Below are positions 17,803-27,192 of a stretch of DNA of 64,000 nucleotides, piece after piece. Location: the NCBI GenBank assembly GCA_965231015.1, contig OZ246408.1:857908-921907 (forward strand), written 5' to 3'. The notes under the pieces were generated by a model. The model did not search any database, was not told the origin of the DNA, and saw nothing but the letters and a program-made list of their open reading frames with translations. A program made the translations under genes and the position numbers. Position 1 is the stretch's first letter. The number at the start of each line of letters is the position of its first letter. This DNA is from an uncultured Gammaproteobacteria bacterium. Its GTDB lineage: Bacteria; Patescibacteriota; Patescibacteriia; UBA9934; CAZDDW01.

Positions 17803-18522
17803 TTACTTCTTGTCTTCTTTCTTAACTGGCTTCTTGTCCGCCTTAGATTTAGCAGTGACGGATTTGGCTGCTGGTTTCTTGGCTTCAGTATTTTTTCCCG
17901 CCATCTTCTTCGTGGCGGAATCCCGCCATGTAGCTGGGCGGGGCTTTGGAGCAGCTTTCTTCTTATTCTCTTTCTTTTCAGAATCTGTCTTTACTCCTTC
18001 CGGAACCTTTAAAGCTTCCAGGGCTTCCAGGGTTGCTTTAGCAATGTTGATTTTGTTGTTACAGCCCTTAATTTTACTGACGGCGTTTGGTACTCCGGCC
18101 AAATCCAACACTACTCGAATAGCTCCACCGGCTTTAAGCCCGGTTCCTTTAGGAGCAGGTTTTAAAAGCACAATGGCAGCTCCGAACTTGTGTTCGATTG
18201 CGTGCGGAATAGTTTCATCAATAAGCGGTACAGTTAGCAGCGTCTTCTTGGCCTGACGAAAAGCTTTATCAACGGCAATGGCCACATCAGCCCCCTTGGC
18301 TAACCCCACACCAACACGACCCTTACGGTCTCCAATAACAAGGCAAGCCCGGAAACTCAAACGCTTACCACCGGCAGTCACACGAGTAACTCGAGCTAAA
18401 TCCAAAATCTTCTGCTCAAACTCACGAGGTTCTTGGTGTCGCTTTCCCCGGCGCGGCTTGCGCTTGCCAGTGAATCGTTTTTTATTACCCGGCTTCACCG
18501 GATTGTTTTTCTTATCTTCCAT
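17803..18522 (-). CDS. rpsE: 30S ribosomal protein S5 with ~70-aa Lys/Ala-rich C-terminal extension
   Basis: S5 core (GRVGVGLAKGADVAIAVDKA...GAIRVVLDLAGV), K-rich tail. Confidence 0.9.
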   Translation of the reverse strand: MEDKKNNPVKPGNKKRFTGKRKPRRGKRHQEPREFEQKILDLARVTRVTAGGKRLSFRACLVIGDRKGRVGVGLAKGADVAIAVDKAFRQAKKTLLTVPLIDETIPHAIEHKFGAAIVLLKPAPKGTGLKAGGAIRVVLDLAGVPNAVSKIKGCNNKINIAKATLEALEALKVPEGVKTDSEKKENKKKAAPKPRPATWRDSATKKMAGKNTEAKKPAAKSVTAKSKADKKPVKKEDKK

Positions 18523-18526
18523 AGGA

Positions 18527-18895
18527 TTAAATTTTCAGTCCTGCTTCACGAGCTGCATCAGCTAAAGCCTTTACCCGTCCGTGGTATTTGAAACTACCTC
18601 GATCAAAGATTGCCTCATTTATACCGGCTTCCTTAGCTTTTTCAGCGGTTAATTTTCCTAAAGCTGCTGCAACTTGAATTGGTTTTTTACCCTTGCGTTC
18701 CGCTTCTGGCAAATGCTTGTCAGAAACCGCCAACAGGGTCTTTCGGGCATCGTCATCAATCGCTTGCACAGAAAGATGCTTAAGGCTCCGAAAAACAGAA
18801 AGCCGTGGTCGCTTGGCAGTACCATGAAGCTTAGCCCTGGTTCGAAGCCGGCGACGTTCAGCTAACTTTCTTTTGTTCTCAATTTTCTTACTCAT
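18527..18895 (-). CDS. rplR: 50S ribosomal protein L18
   Basis: RLSVFRSLKHLSVQAIDD ... GRVKALADAAREAGLKI. Confidence 0.9.
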   Translation of the reverse strand: MSKKIENKRKLAERRRLRTRAKLHGTAKRPRLSVFRSLKHLSVQAIDDDARKTLLAVSDKHLPEAERKGKKPIQVAAALGKLTAEKAKEAGINEAIFDRGSFKYHGRVKALADAAREAGLKI

Positions 18896-18898
18896 ATT

Positions 18899-19456
18899 TT
18901 ATTCAGCTGCTTTAGCGGCCTTTCCTGCCTTGCGGCGAACGACCTCATCAGCATACTTAATACCTTTACCCTTATAAGGCTCTGGCTTTCTAATCTTTCG
19001 CATCCGAGCAGCCACTTCTCCGACCATCTGACGGTCAGCCCCACTGACGGTTACGTTATTCTTTTCAATCGCTACATTGATTCCTTCTGGTACCTTAAAT
19101 TCAACCGGGTGCGAATAACCAACATCAAAAACCACATCCTTTCCCTTCATATTGACTTTATATCCAACTCCCACAACTTCTAAAGACTTGCTAAATCCCT
19201 CTGTTACTCCGGTGACCAAATTAGCAATGTTAGCCCGTACTGTCCCCCACATAGCTTTAGCTACCGGGTCTCCTGCATCAATCGGGTTGACTACTACAGC
19301 CTTACCTTCTTCCAAATCCTGAAGCTCAACCTTCACGACCGGGTGTAATTCAGTCTTCAAAGTTCCGTTCGGTCCCTTAACTTCAACAGCTTCGTCAGAG
19401 AGTTTGACCTCAACGCCGGCAGGAATCATGACTGGTTGTTTTCCAATTCGTGACAT
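18899..19456 (-). CDS. rplF: 50S ribosomal protein L6
   Basis: MSRIGKQPVMIPAGVEVK start; two L6 repeats. Confidence 0.9.
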   Translation of the reverse strand: MSRIGKQPVMIPAGVEVKLSDEAVEVKGPNGTLKTELHPVVKVELQDLEEGKAVVVNPIDAGDPVAKAMWGTVRANIANLVTGVTEGFSKSLEVVGVGYKVNMKGKDVVFDVGYSHPVEFKVPEGINVAIEKNNVTVSGADRQMVGEVAARMRKIRKPEPYKGKGIKYADEVVRRKAGKAAKAAE

Positions 19457-19463
19457 AACCAAA

Positions 19464-19856
19464 TTAATAAACTTCACAAATTATTTCTCCACCAAGATGA
19501 CGCTTCCGAGCCTCCTTGTTGGTCATCAAACCATTCGGTGTGGAAATAATGGCCACTCCCATGTCAGACAGCACTCGTGGCAATTCATTATGTTTTGCAT
19601 AAATCCGTCGTCCCGGTCGGCTGATTCGAGACATTTTGGTAATCACTGAATCTTTACCCTTATACTTAAGCTCAATTACCAACTCTTTAAAACTACCACT
19701 TTCTTTTTCACTTACCTTACCCACGTATCCCTCGCGCTCTAAAATTTTTGCCATGGCAAACTTTAACTTTGAGTATGGCAAAGCCACTTCCTTCTTATTA
19801 GTTGCGGAAGCATTGCGAATGCGAGTTAACATGTCAGAAATAGGATCAGTCATCAT
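19464..19856 (-). CDS. rpsH: 30S ribosomal protein S8
   Basis: MMTDPISDMLTRIRNA signature. Confidence 0.95.
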   Translation of the reverse strand: MMTDPISDMLTRIRNASATNKKEVALPYSKLKFAMAKILEREGYVGKVSEKESGSFKELVIELKYKGKDSVITKMSRISRPGRRIYAKHNELPRVLSDMGVAIISTPNGLMTNKEARKRHLGGEIICEVY

Positions 19857-19862
19857 ACCTTT

Positions 19863-20048
19863 TTACCAACTTGATTTTTTAATTCCAGGGATCTCACCCT
19901 TGTTGGCCAGCTCTCGAAAACAAATACGGCACAGTTTAAAATCACGCATATACCCACGATTTCGACCGCAACGCCAACATCGGTTCACTTTTCTAGTCAT
20001 GAACTTCGGATTTTTCTTAGATTTTGCAATCTGTGCTTCAGTGGCCAT
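19863..20048 (-). CDS. rpsN: 30S ribosomal protein S14 type Z (zinc-binding, 61 aa)
   Basis: [23 protein letters not shown]. Confidence 0.95.
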   Translation of the reverse strand: MATEAQIAKSKKNPKFMTRKVNRCWRCGRNRGYMRDFKLCRICFRELANKGEIPGIKKSSW

Positions 20049-20050
20049 AA

Positions 20051-20614
20051 TTATTTGTCTTGTTTTTTAAATGGGAACCCCAGGGCTTTAAACAGAGTCA
20101 ATCCCTGTTCATGATTTGGGGCACTGGTTGTAATGTTAACTTCCAATCCGTGCAAAGATTCAATCTCATCCGGGTTAATTTCAGGAAAGGCAATATGTTC
20201 CTTAAAACCGTATGAAAAGTTTCCATTATCGTCAACAGCTGACTCTTTTATCCCTCGAAAGTCTGTCACACGGGCAAAAGTAACATTAACCAGTTTGTAC
20301 AAAAAGTCCCACATTTTAGGACCACGCAGGGTCACCTTCATTCCTACTACCATTCCTTCACGAATGTTAAAGCCGGCAATAGACTGACGGGCCTTTGTTT
20401 TAATCGGCTGTTGACCGGTGATCCGACGCAGAGTATCCTCGGCCACTTCCTGCATTTTCTGATCCATCTTGCTCTGATTCAAACCAACGTTCAAAGTCAT
20501 TTTTTCGATTCGCGGCACAGCCATGTGGTTATCATAACCATACTCTTTTTTAAGAGCCGGGATTACTTCCTTAGCAAATTGTTCTTTTAAAATAGCTGAC
20601 ATATTATTCTGCAT
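20051..20614 (-). CDS. rplE: 50S ribosomal protein L5
   Basis: L5 family sequence, operon position. Confidence 0.95.
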   Translation of the reverse strand: MQNNMSAILKEQFAKEVIPALKKEYGYDNHMAVPRIEKMTLNVGLNQSKMDQKMQEVAEDTLRRITGQQPIKTKARQSIAGFNIREGMVVGMKVTLRGPKMWDFLYKLVNVTFARVTDFRGIKESAVDDNGNFSYGFKEHIAFPEINPDEIESLHGLEVNITTSAPNHEQGLTLFKALGFPFKKQDK

Positions 20615-20936
20615 CTTCTACTTTACCATTTGAATGTACCACGCGAATTTTTTTACTTTTTCCATCCGCTTCTAAAGTTTTATAACCTACCCGACCGGTA
20701 GCTCCGGTTTTTGTTGAAACCAATTTTACATTGGAAATGTGAACTGGGACCGGAAATTGAATTTTTTGACCAGGCTGATCACGGCGCGGACTACGCAGGT
20801 GCCGAGTGGCCATATTCAAACCTTCCACCACAACTTTTTCAAGCTTAGGGAAAACCTGAATCACCTTACCCTCTTTTCCTTTGTCTTTTCCGGCAGTGAT
20901 TTTTACCTTGTCTCCGGTTTTGATCTTCAAAGCCAT
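20604..20936 (-). CDS. rplX: 50S ribosomal protein L24
   Basis: KIKTGDKVKITAGKDKGKEGKV KOW motif. Confidence 0.9.
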   Translation of the reverse strand: MALKIKTGDKVKITAGKDKGKEGKVIQVFPKLEKVVVEGLNMATRHLRSPRRDQPGQKIQFPVPVHISNVKLVSTKTGATGRVGYKTLEADGKSKKIRVVHSNGKVEDAE

Positions 20937-20940
20937 AGGT

Positions 20941-21312
20941 TTATAAAACTTCAGGAGCTAATGAAATAATCTTACTGTATCCGGCAGCGCGAAGTTCACG
21001 AGCCACTGGACCAAAGATACGAGTTCCTTTTGGTTCTTTGTTTTCTTTATCAATAATAACTGCTGCGTTTTCATCAAAACGGATGTATGAACCGTCGGCT
21101 CGTCGAGTCTCCTTTTTAGTTCGTACAATTACCGCCTGAACCACATCAGATTTCTTAACCGCTGAATGTGGTACGGCTTCTTTGACAACCGCGGTAACCA
21201 CGTCACCAATTCTAGCGTAGCGTTTCTTGTATCCACCGAGTACTCGAATAACTTTGAGGCGTTTTGCCCCGGTGTTATCGGCTACCATTAATCGTGATTC
21301 TTGCTGGACCAT
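20941..21312 (-). CDS. rplN: 50S ribosomal protein L14
   Basis: [27 protein letters not shown]. Confidence 0.95.
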   Translation of the reverse strand: MVQQESRLMVADNTGAKRLKVIRVLGGYKKRYARIGDVVTAVVKEAVPHSAVKKSDVVQAVIVRTKKETRRADGSYIRFDENAAVIIDKENKEPKGTRIFGPVARELRAAGYSKIISLAPEVL

Positions 21313-21313
21313 A

Positions 21314-21580
21314 TTATTTTACTATTGATACCAGTCGCCATCGCTTATCCTTGGATAACGGACGACACTCTTCAAAGACAATCTTATCTCCGACCTTTAA
21401 TTCATTTTTTTCATCATGAACTTTAAATTTATTCGAGCGAACGTAACGCTTCAGGTACTTCGGATGGATCACCGTTCGTTCAACCTGAACCAAAGCTGTT
21501 TTATCCATCTTGGTTCCCACTACTTCACCGGTTAAACGGCGGTGTGTGTTTTTCTTCTTTTCTTCGCTCATATTATTCAC
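21314..21580 (-). CDS. rpsQ: 30S ribosomal protein S17
   Basis: [31 protein letters not shown]. Confidence 0.9.
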   Translation of the reverse strand: MNNMSEEKKKNTHRRLTGEVVGTKMDKTALVQVERTVIHPKYLKRYVRSNKFKVHDEKNELKVGDKIVFEECRPLSKDKRWRLVSIVK

Positions 21581-21794
21581 TTACTTTTTCACTTACTGCA
21601 ACTTGTCCCAAGGCGGTTTTAACTCGTGCGATCTCCCGCTTCACCTGTCGTACCTCTCGTACCTGAGCCAACTGGTTAGAAGCCAACTTAAACTTCAACT
21701 CATTCAATCGCTCAGTAAGCTCGGCGAGAGTTTTCTCTAGATCAGTCTTAGATTTTCCCTGAAACTTCTTAATCTGCATATGTTTAATTATCAA
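21573..21794 (-). CDS. rpmC: 50S ribosomal protein L29
   Basis: helical L29 profile, operon position between rplP and rpsQ. Confidence 0.85.
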   Translation of the reverse strand: MIIKHMQIKKFQGKSKTDLEKTLAELTERLNELKFKLASNQLAQVREVRQVKREIARVKTALGQVAVSEKVSE

Positions 21795-22200
21795 GTCCGA
21801 TAATTTTAGTCTTCATCGGCAACTTGTGTGAAGCCAAACGCATGGCTTCTTCGGCTACGTCGTCTGGAACACCATCGATTTCAAACATAACTGTTCCTGG
21901 ACGAACCGGTACCATGTAATAGTCAACCGCACCTTTTCCTTTACCCATTGGCACCTCGGCACCCTTGGCTGTAACCGGATGATCAGGAAAGATTCGAATC
22001 CAGATAGATCCGCCACGCTTAACGTATCGAGTAATGGCTCGTCGAGCCGCCTCAATTTGACGCGAAGTTACCCAAGATTCTGTCTGAGCCTTAAGACCAA
22101 TCTTCCCAAAGGCAAGTTTAGTCTTGTTGGTAGCCAATCTTTTGCCGCTGGCGCGACCCTTGTGCCACTTTCTGTGTTTGACTTTTTTTGGCATCAACAT
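21784..22200 (-). CDS. rplP: 50S ribosomal protein L16
   Basis: [16 protein letters not shown] start. Confidence 0.95.
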   Translation of the reverse strand: MLMPKKVKHRKWHKGRASGKRLATNKTKLAFGKIGLKAQTESWVTSRQIEAARRAITRYVKRGGSIWIRIFPDHPVTAKGAEVPMGKGKGAVDYYMVPVRPGTVMFEIDGVPDDVAEEAMRLASHKLPMKTKIIGLDN

Positions 22201-22209
22201 ACGCGTGGG

Positions 22210-22878
22210 TTAGGCGGTCTTGTCAATTTTTTTATTATCTTCTTCAAAGACTTCGCCTCGGTTAATCCAGACCTTTACTCCAATTGTACCGTAGGTGGTC
22301 CAAGCCCTTACTCTCGCAAAGTCAATATCGGCTCGCAAGTTGTGCAAAGGAATACTACCATCTGAAATCTGCTCGGTTCGGGCAATGTCAGCACCGTTTA
22401 ATCGTCCGGCCACTGACACCTTCACACCCTTGGCTCCGGCTTTCATGACCCGTTCAATAGCTTGCTTCATACTGCGTCGGAACGGCATACGCTTTTCAAG
22501 CTCCGAAGCAATTTGCTGAGCCACAATCCTGGCCGAGAGCGAAGGCTTAGACACCTCTTGTACGTTTAGATTAATGTTAATTTTTCTACCGCGAAAATAC
22601 TTTTTCATTAATTTCTTTTTTAGGTCTTCAATCCCGGCTCCGGATCGACCAATGATAAATCCAGGCTTTGAGGAGTGAATGGTCACGGTAATACTTTTTG
22701 TTGCCCGTTCAATAACCACATGATCAACTGAAGCATCTTTCAATTCCTTTTCTAAGAAAGTCCGAATCTTGTGATCTTCTTCAAGCAGAGTCGGGAAGTC
22801 CTTGTTGGCAAACCAATTAGAATCCCAGCCACGAATAGTGGCAATACGGAAGGCTTTTGGATTTACTTTTCTACCCAT
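22210..22878 (-). CDS. rpsC: 30S ribosomal protein S3
   Basis: MGRKVNPKAFRIATIRGWDSNWFA; KH domain. Confidence 0.95.
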   Translation of the reverse strand: MGRKVNPKAFRIATIRGWDSNWFANKDFPTLLEEDHKIRTFLEKELKDASVDHVVIERATKSITVTIHSSKPGFIIGRSGAGIEDLKKKLMKKYFRGRKININLNVQEVSKPSLSARIVAQQIASELEKRMPFRRSMKQAIERVMKAGAKGVKVSVAGRLNGADIARTEQISDGSIPLHNLRADIDFARVRAWTTYGTIGVKVWINRGEVFEEDNKKIDKTA

Positions 22879-22880
22879 AA

Positions 22881-23441
22881 TTACTTTTTATCAGTTTGTC
22901 CGGCACCGCCGGACTTAGTAGTCTTTGTGGTTTTTTTGGCTGGAGCCTTTTTGACAACCGGTTTCTTAGCTGCTGGTTTCTTAGTTTTCCCGCCATCTTC
23001 AGCTTGGCGGGATCCTGCCACGCCTTTTGTCGGCGGGACTTTCTTAGTTTCTTTCTTTTCACTTTTAACTTCCTTGCCAACCTTTGTATCTTTTACATCT
23101 TTTGCATCCTTTCCATCACTCAACACCACCAAAATGTGCGAGGTTCGCTTTCGGATCGGAAATGCTCGACCATGAGCGCGAGGCTTCCAACGCTTAATAG
23201 TCGGTCCCTCATCAGCCATAATGGTTTTCACTACCAGGTCTTCTTCTTTCAGGTTGAAATTATGAACCGCATTGGCCGCAGCAGAATTGATCAGCTTCAA
23301 TACCGGCTTGGCCGCTGCTTTGTTCATAAACTGAAGCTGGTTTCGAGCTTCAGCCAACTTATTACCCCGCACAACATCAACCACCAACCGCACTTTACGC
23401 GGTGACATTCGAATAAATTTTGCGGTTGCTTTAACGTCCAT
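22881..23441 (-). CDS. rplV: 50S ribosomal protein L22 with ~70-aa Lys-rich C-terminal tail
   Basis: L22 core then KKxxKK-rich extension. Confidence 0.9.
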   Translation of the reverse strand: MDVKATAKFIRMSPRKVRLVVDVVRGNKLAEARNQLQFMNKAAAKPVLKLINSAAANAVHNFNLKEEDLVVKTIMADEGPTIKRWKPRAHGRAFPIRKRTSHILVVLSDGKDAKDVKDTKVGKEVKSEKKETKKVPPTKGVAGSRQAEDGGKTKKPAAKKPVVKKAPAKKTTKTTKSGGAGQTDKK

Positions 23442-23444
23442 ATC

Positions 23445-23720
23445 TTATTTCTGTTCTTTAGCCATTTTACCGCCATGACCCACAAACTTCCGAGTTGGCG
23501 CAAATTCACCTAGCTTATGACCAACCATGTTCTCAACAATCTTCACCGGCACATGAGTTCGTCCGTTGTGTACGGCAATGGTAAAGCCAACCATCTCTGG
23601 AGTGATGGATGAGGCTCGAGCCCAGGTCTTGATAACAGTTTTATCTCCCTGTTTCAAAGCCGTAATCTTTTTCTGTAATTTGGCGTCCACGTATGGACCT
23701 TTCTTTAAACTACGTGACAT
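23445..23720 (-). CDS. rpsS: 30S ribosomal protein S19
   Basis: [12 protein letters not shown]...HNGRTHVPV. Confidence 0.95.
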   Translation of the reverse strand: MSRSLKKGPYVDAKLQKKITALKQGDKTVIKTWARASSITPEMVGFTIAVHNGRTHVPVKIVENMVGHKLGEFAPTRKFVGHGGKMAKEQK

Positions 23721-23731
23721 AATTGTTTTTA

Positions 23732-24574
23732 TTAGCGGCGCTTCTTCTTACGTCTTTCAATAATAAGCGCATCAGACGGTTTTTTACGGCGGGTTTTTAC
23801 TCCGAGAGCCGGCTTACCGGTTGGAGTCTTAGGGTGCTTCATACCAATAGCATTTGCACCTTCACCACCACCGTGGGGGTGGTCTACCGGGTTCATTACC
23901 TTACCACGAACAGTAGGTCGAAAACCGCGGTGACGCATTCTACCAGCTTTACCCCAGCGAATCAAACGTCGGTCAGGATTAGAGGTCTGACCAATGGTAG
24001 CCATACATGTTTTTGGCACCATCCGCACTTCTCCACTTGGGAGCTTCAAGGTTGCGTTCTTTCCTTCAACAGCCATAATCTGGGCTGTGGTACCGGCACC
24101 GCGCACCATCTGGCCACCCTTCCCTGGCTCAATCTCGATGTTGTAAACACCGATACCGGCAGGGATGTGCTCTAAGGCAAAACGGTTTCCAAGTTTAATC
24201 TCGCCTTTCTTTTGGCTAGACACAACTTCATCACCGGCCTTGAGCCCGATTGGGGCCACCATATAGCGCTTTTCACCATCTGCATAGTGCAAGAGGGCGA
24301 TGCGGGCGCCACGGCCTGGATCATACTGAATCTCAACCACCTTGGCTGGGACATCAAATTTATCTCGCTTAAAATCGACCACACGAACTTGTCGTTTAGC
24401 TCCGCCGCCACGGTGGCGTACGGTAATCTTCCCCTGGTTGTTACGTCCAGCCTTTTGCTTTTTTGATTTCAAAAGCTTTTTCACAGGCTTAGCCTTTGAA
24501 TCCACGTCCACAAAGGCGTCCACACTTGAAATGCGACGACCCGGGGTAGTTGGTTTGTAGCGTTTAACTGGCAT
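23732..24574 (-). CDS. rplB: 50S ribosomal protein L2 (start at ATG 24574; ORF-track GTG at 24592 less likely)
   Basis: [14 protein letters not shown] start; GHPHGGGEG motif. Confidence 0.95.
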   Translation of the reverse strand: MPVKRYKPTTPGRRISSVDAFVDVDSKAKPVKKLLKSKKQKAGRNNQGKITVRHRGGGAKRQVRVVDFKRDKFDVPAKVVEIQYDPGRGARIALLHYADGEKRYMVAPIGLKAGDEVVSSQKKGEIKLGNRFALEHIPAGIGVYNIEIEPGKGGQMVRGAGTTAQIMAVEGKNATLKLPSGEVRMVPKTCMATIGQTSNPDRRLIRWGKAGRMRHRGFRPTVRGKVMNPVDHPHGGGEGANAIGMKHPKTPTGKPALGVKTRRKKPSDALIIERRKKKRR

Positions 24575-24642
24575 AATTTTGGCTCGTCGCACGTCGCACG
24601 TCGTTTAGCAACGACGGGCGATTTGCTACGGGCGATTTTCTT
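24575..24642 (-). repeat. (GACGTGC)n heptamer repeat plus conserved hairpin module (CGUCGUU-loop-AACGACG, GCGAUUUGC) between rplW and rplB
   Basis: Transcript sense reads CGACGUGCGACGUGCGACGAG; same module at 26371-26440; heptamer also at 55679-55706. Confidence 0.5.
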
Positions 24643-25098
24643 TTATACTCCTTCGTAAACATCAATCTTAGTTCCTTTTGGCAAAGTCACAATGGCTTTT
24701 TTCCAATCGTTCTGACGACCTTGCACTCGACCAAAGCGAACCTTCTTTCCCTTATAATTGGCAATATTAACCTTGACCGGCTGAACGCCATACATGGCCT
24801 TGATTGCCTGAGCCACCTGAACCTGATTTGCATTCCTCTTAACCACGAATACGTACTGTCCGGCATCCGCTAAAACGGCTGACTTTTCAGTTACATGAGG
24901 GCGGATAATCACATTCTCCAAACCTTCGATCATGGTTCCTTTTGGTCGAATTGAACCCTCAGCCTTCTCGGTTTTCTTAGCTTTTTTTGCCTTCTTGACC
25001 TTATCAGTCTTATCAGACTTCTTGGTATTCTCAGCCTTCTTGCCCTCAGCTACCTCTTGCTCTTTTTGCTTGCGAAATTTGTCGAAAAATCCAGCCAT
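24643..25098 (-). CDS. rplW: 50S ribosomal protein L23 with Lys-rich N-terminal extension
   Basis: L23 core at C-terminus (IIRPHVTEKSAVL...); start taken at MAGFFDKF overlapping rplD stop. Confidence 0.9.
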   Translation of the reverse strand: MAGFFDKFRKQKEQEVAEGKKAENTKKSDKTDKVKKAKKAKKTEKAEGSIRPKGTMIEGLENVIIRPHVTEKSAVLADAGQYVFVVKRNANQVQVAQAIKAMYGVQPVKVNIANYKGKKVRFGRVQGRQNDWKKAIVTLPKGTKIDVYEGV

Positions 25099-25099
25099 A

Positions 25100-25738
25100 T
25101 TACTTAGTAGCTTTATAGGTTTCGTTAACGAGAGCAGCTGCATCCTTACTGATAAGAATGTAGTCGTGAGAAAGAACGTCGACTACGTTCAAACTCTTGG
25201 CTCCGATCGTGCTAAGCTTGGGGATGTTGCGAGCGGCTCGCTTCACCACCTGATTAGCCGGATCAATAACCACCAAGGTTTTTTTGCCTGCGTTTGGTAA
25301 TTTACCAAGTAAATTAGCAAAAACTTTGGTCTTGGCCTCGGACAGCTCCAAAGTATCCACGACCACAAATCGGTCATGAGCCACCTTGTCACTCAAGGTC
25401 ATGGCCAAAGCTTTTCGCTTGGCTTTCTTGTTAATTTTACGAGAAAAATTCTGATTCTTACTAGGTCCAAAAGTTACTCCACCACTTCGCCACAAAGGAG
25501 AACGAATGGTACCGGCTCGAGCTCGGCCAGTTCCCTTCTGACGCCATGGCTTACGACCACCGCCTCGAACCTCTGATCGGTCTTTGGCGTGAGCAATAGC
25601 CTGACGAGCGTTGGCCTGTTGAATCACCACTGCTTCGTGAACCAAATTTGGATCAACTACAACTTCAAACATATCCTTAGCCAGTTCCATTTCACCGGTT
25701 GCCTCACCTTTCTGATTGTAGACTTTTACTTTTGCCAT
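25100..25738 (-). CDS. rplD: 50S ribosomal protein L4
   Basis: L4 family sequence, operon position. Confidence 0.95.
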   Translation of the reverse strand: MAKVKVYNQKGEATGEMELAKDMFEVVVDPNLVHEAVVIQQANARQAIAHAKDRSEVRGGGRKPWRQKGTGRARAGTIRSPLWRSGGVTFGPSKNQNFSRKINKKAKRKALAMTLSDKVAHDRFVVVDTLELSEAKTKVFANLLGKLPNAGKKTLVVIDPANQVVKRAARNIPKLSTIGAKSLNVVDVLSHDYILISKDAAALVNETYKATK

Positions 25739-25743
25739 ATTAT

Positions 25744-26370
25744 TTAGTTACCCCAAATATTCTTACCGGTTCGGGAACGAACAAAAACTAAACTGTTTCG
25801 TGCCCCTGGAACAGCACCTTTTATCGCCAAAGTGTTGGTTTTTGGATCAATCGCGACAACCTCTAAATTCTTGACAGTTACTCGATCATTTCCCATACGA
25901 CCTGGCATACGAGTTCCTTTCAAAACTCGCTGTGGACCCTGAGCTCCAATGGAACCTGGCATTCGTAACTGATCTTTGTGACCGTGAGATGCAGGACTTC
26001 CATGAAAACCGTGTCGCTTCACAACACCTTGAAAACCCTTTCCTTTTGAAGTACCGACAATGTCTACCTTATCACCTTCTTCAAACAGATTGACTTTAAT
26101 TTTGTCTCCCGGTTTTAGATCCGTTTCATCAACTCTGAACTCACGAGTTAAACCTACCGGACCAAACTCCTTAGCCCGTGATACCTGAGCTTTGTTGACC
26201 TTTTTGGTTTCACCGAATCCAACCTGAACCGCTGAATATCCGTCTTTGTCTTTAGTTCGCACATCAGTAACAACACATGGGCCAGCCTGAATCAAGGTAA
26301 CCGGAATTACGGTACCGTCTTCCTTGAAGATCTGACTCATTTCGAGTTTTTTACCAATGATGAATTTCAT
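25744..26370 (-). CDS. rplC: 50S ribosomal protein L3 (start at ATG 26370)
   Basis: MKFIIGKKLEMSQIF start typical of L3. Confidence 0.95.
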   Translation of the reverse strand: MKFIIGKKLEMSQIFKEDGTVIPVTLIQAGPCVVTDVRTKDKDGYSAVQVGFGETKKVNKAQVSRAKEFGPVGLTREFRVDETDLKPGDKIKVNLFEEGDKVDIVGTSKGKGFQGVVKRHGFHGSPASHGHKDQLRMPGSIGAQGPQRVLKGTRMPGRMGNDRVTVKNLEVVAIDPKTNTLAIKGAVPGARNSLVFVRSRTGKNIWGN

Positions 26371-26440
26371 AAGAGATCGCACGTGGCACGTCGTTCAAAA
26401 CGACGAGCGATTTGCGACAAGCGACGTGCTTTTTCCAGCT
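26371..26440 (-). repeat. second copy of heptamer-repeat + hairpin module immediately upstream of rplC start
   Basis: Transcript sense GCACGUCGCUUGUCGCAAAUCGCUCGUCGUUUUGAACGACGUGCCACGUGC; aligns with 24575-24642 element. Confidence 0.5.
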
Positions 26441-26782
26441 TCTTAACACAAAAGCCAGAGATCGTTTTACAGAAATTTATAAAACAGTCTCTGACCCCAT
26501 GCGGCTATTGGGTTGCTGATGTGATTTATTGAAAACTTGTCTCCTACCCAATCTCTAGAAGCTGCAGGAAGGTTTTCGCGACTTATGCCCGCCCGTAATT
26601 CACGCGATCTTTCTTCTTGGTTCTAAGGTTGGTGTTTCTTTGGTGTTTCTACTGATAATTCTTTCAAAATTCTTCACCCTACAAGGCGTGGGGTAACAAA
26701 TTCGGAGATGTACTTAATGGTACATTGACGGATTTGTGGGGCCCCGCAACGAAGTAGGTGGAGTAATTTCGGGAGAATTGTA

Positions 26783-27169
26783 TTACATTTTTATTTCTAC
26801 GTCAACCCCTGCCGGTAAATTCAAACTCATCAATGAATCAACTGTTTTTTCGCTTGGGTTAACGATATCGATCAAACGCTTGTGCACACGCATTTCGTAC
26901 TGATCACGACTGGTTTTGTGAACGAAGGTAGACCGGTTCACGGTATACTTACGCTTTTCAGTTGGTAATGGAATTGGACCCAAAACCTTAGCCCCGGTTC
27001 GCTCAGCAGTTTTGATAATGGTTGCTGTAGCCTGGTCGATGATCTTGTGGTCGTAAGCACGAATCTTAATTCGAATTCGCTGCTTGGTTTTGTCTTCAGT
27101 TTTGTTGGTTGCTTTGTCAGTCACAAATTTCTTCGAAAGAACAGGTTCAATGTTAGCGAGGCGAGCCAA
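26783..27169 (-). CDS. rpsJ: 30S ribosomal protein S10 with ~28-aa N-terminal extension (start codon uncertain; TTG at 27167-27169 in ORF track)
   Basis: [31 protein letters not shown] core; no in-frame ATG near the canonical start. Confidence 0.9.
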   Translation of the reverse strand: MARLANIEPVLSKKFVTDKATNKTEDKTKQRIRIKIRAYDHKIIDQATATIIKTAERTGAKVLGPIPLPTEKRKYTVNRSTFVHKTSRDQYEMRVHKRLIDIVNPSEKTVDSLMSLNLPAGVDVEIKM

Positions 27170-27182
27170 AAGGCTCGCCTCG
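27157..27182 (-). promoter_or_regulatory. 11-bp GC-rich hairpin (CGAGGCGAGCC-AAAA-GGCTCGCCTCG) spanning the tuf-rpsJ junction / putative rpsJ start
   Basis: Perfect inverted repeat; no U-tract. Confidence 0.35.
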
Positions 27183-27192
27183 AAAACTTGAT

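Noticed and set aside
22896-23405. 169-aa plus-strand ORF
   Set aside because: Lies antisense to rplV/rpsC with low-complexity S/F/L-rich translation; ribosomal genes on the minus strand fully explain the region
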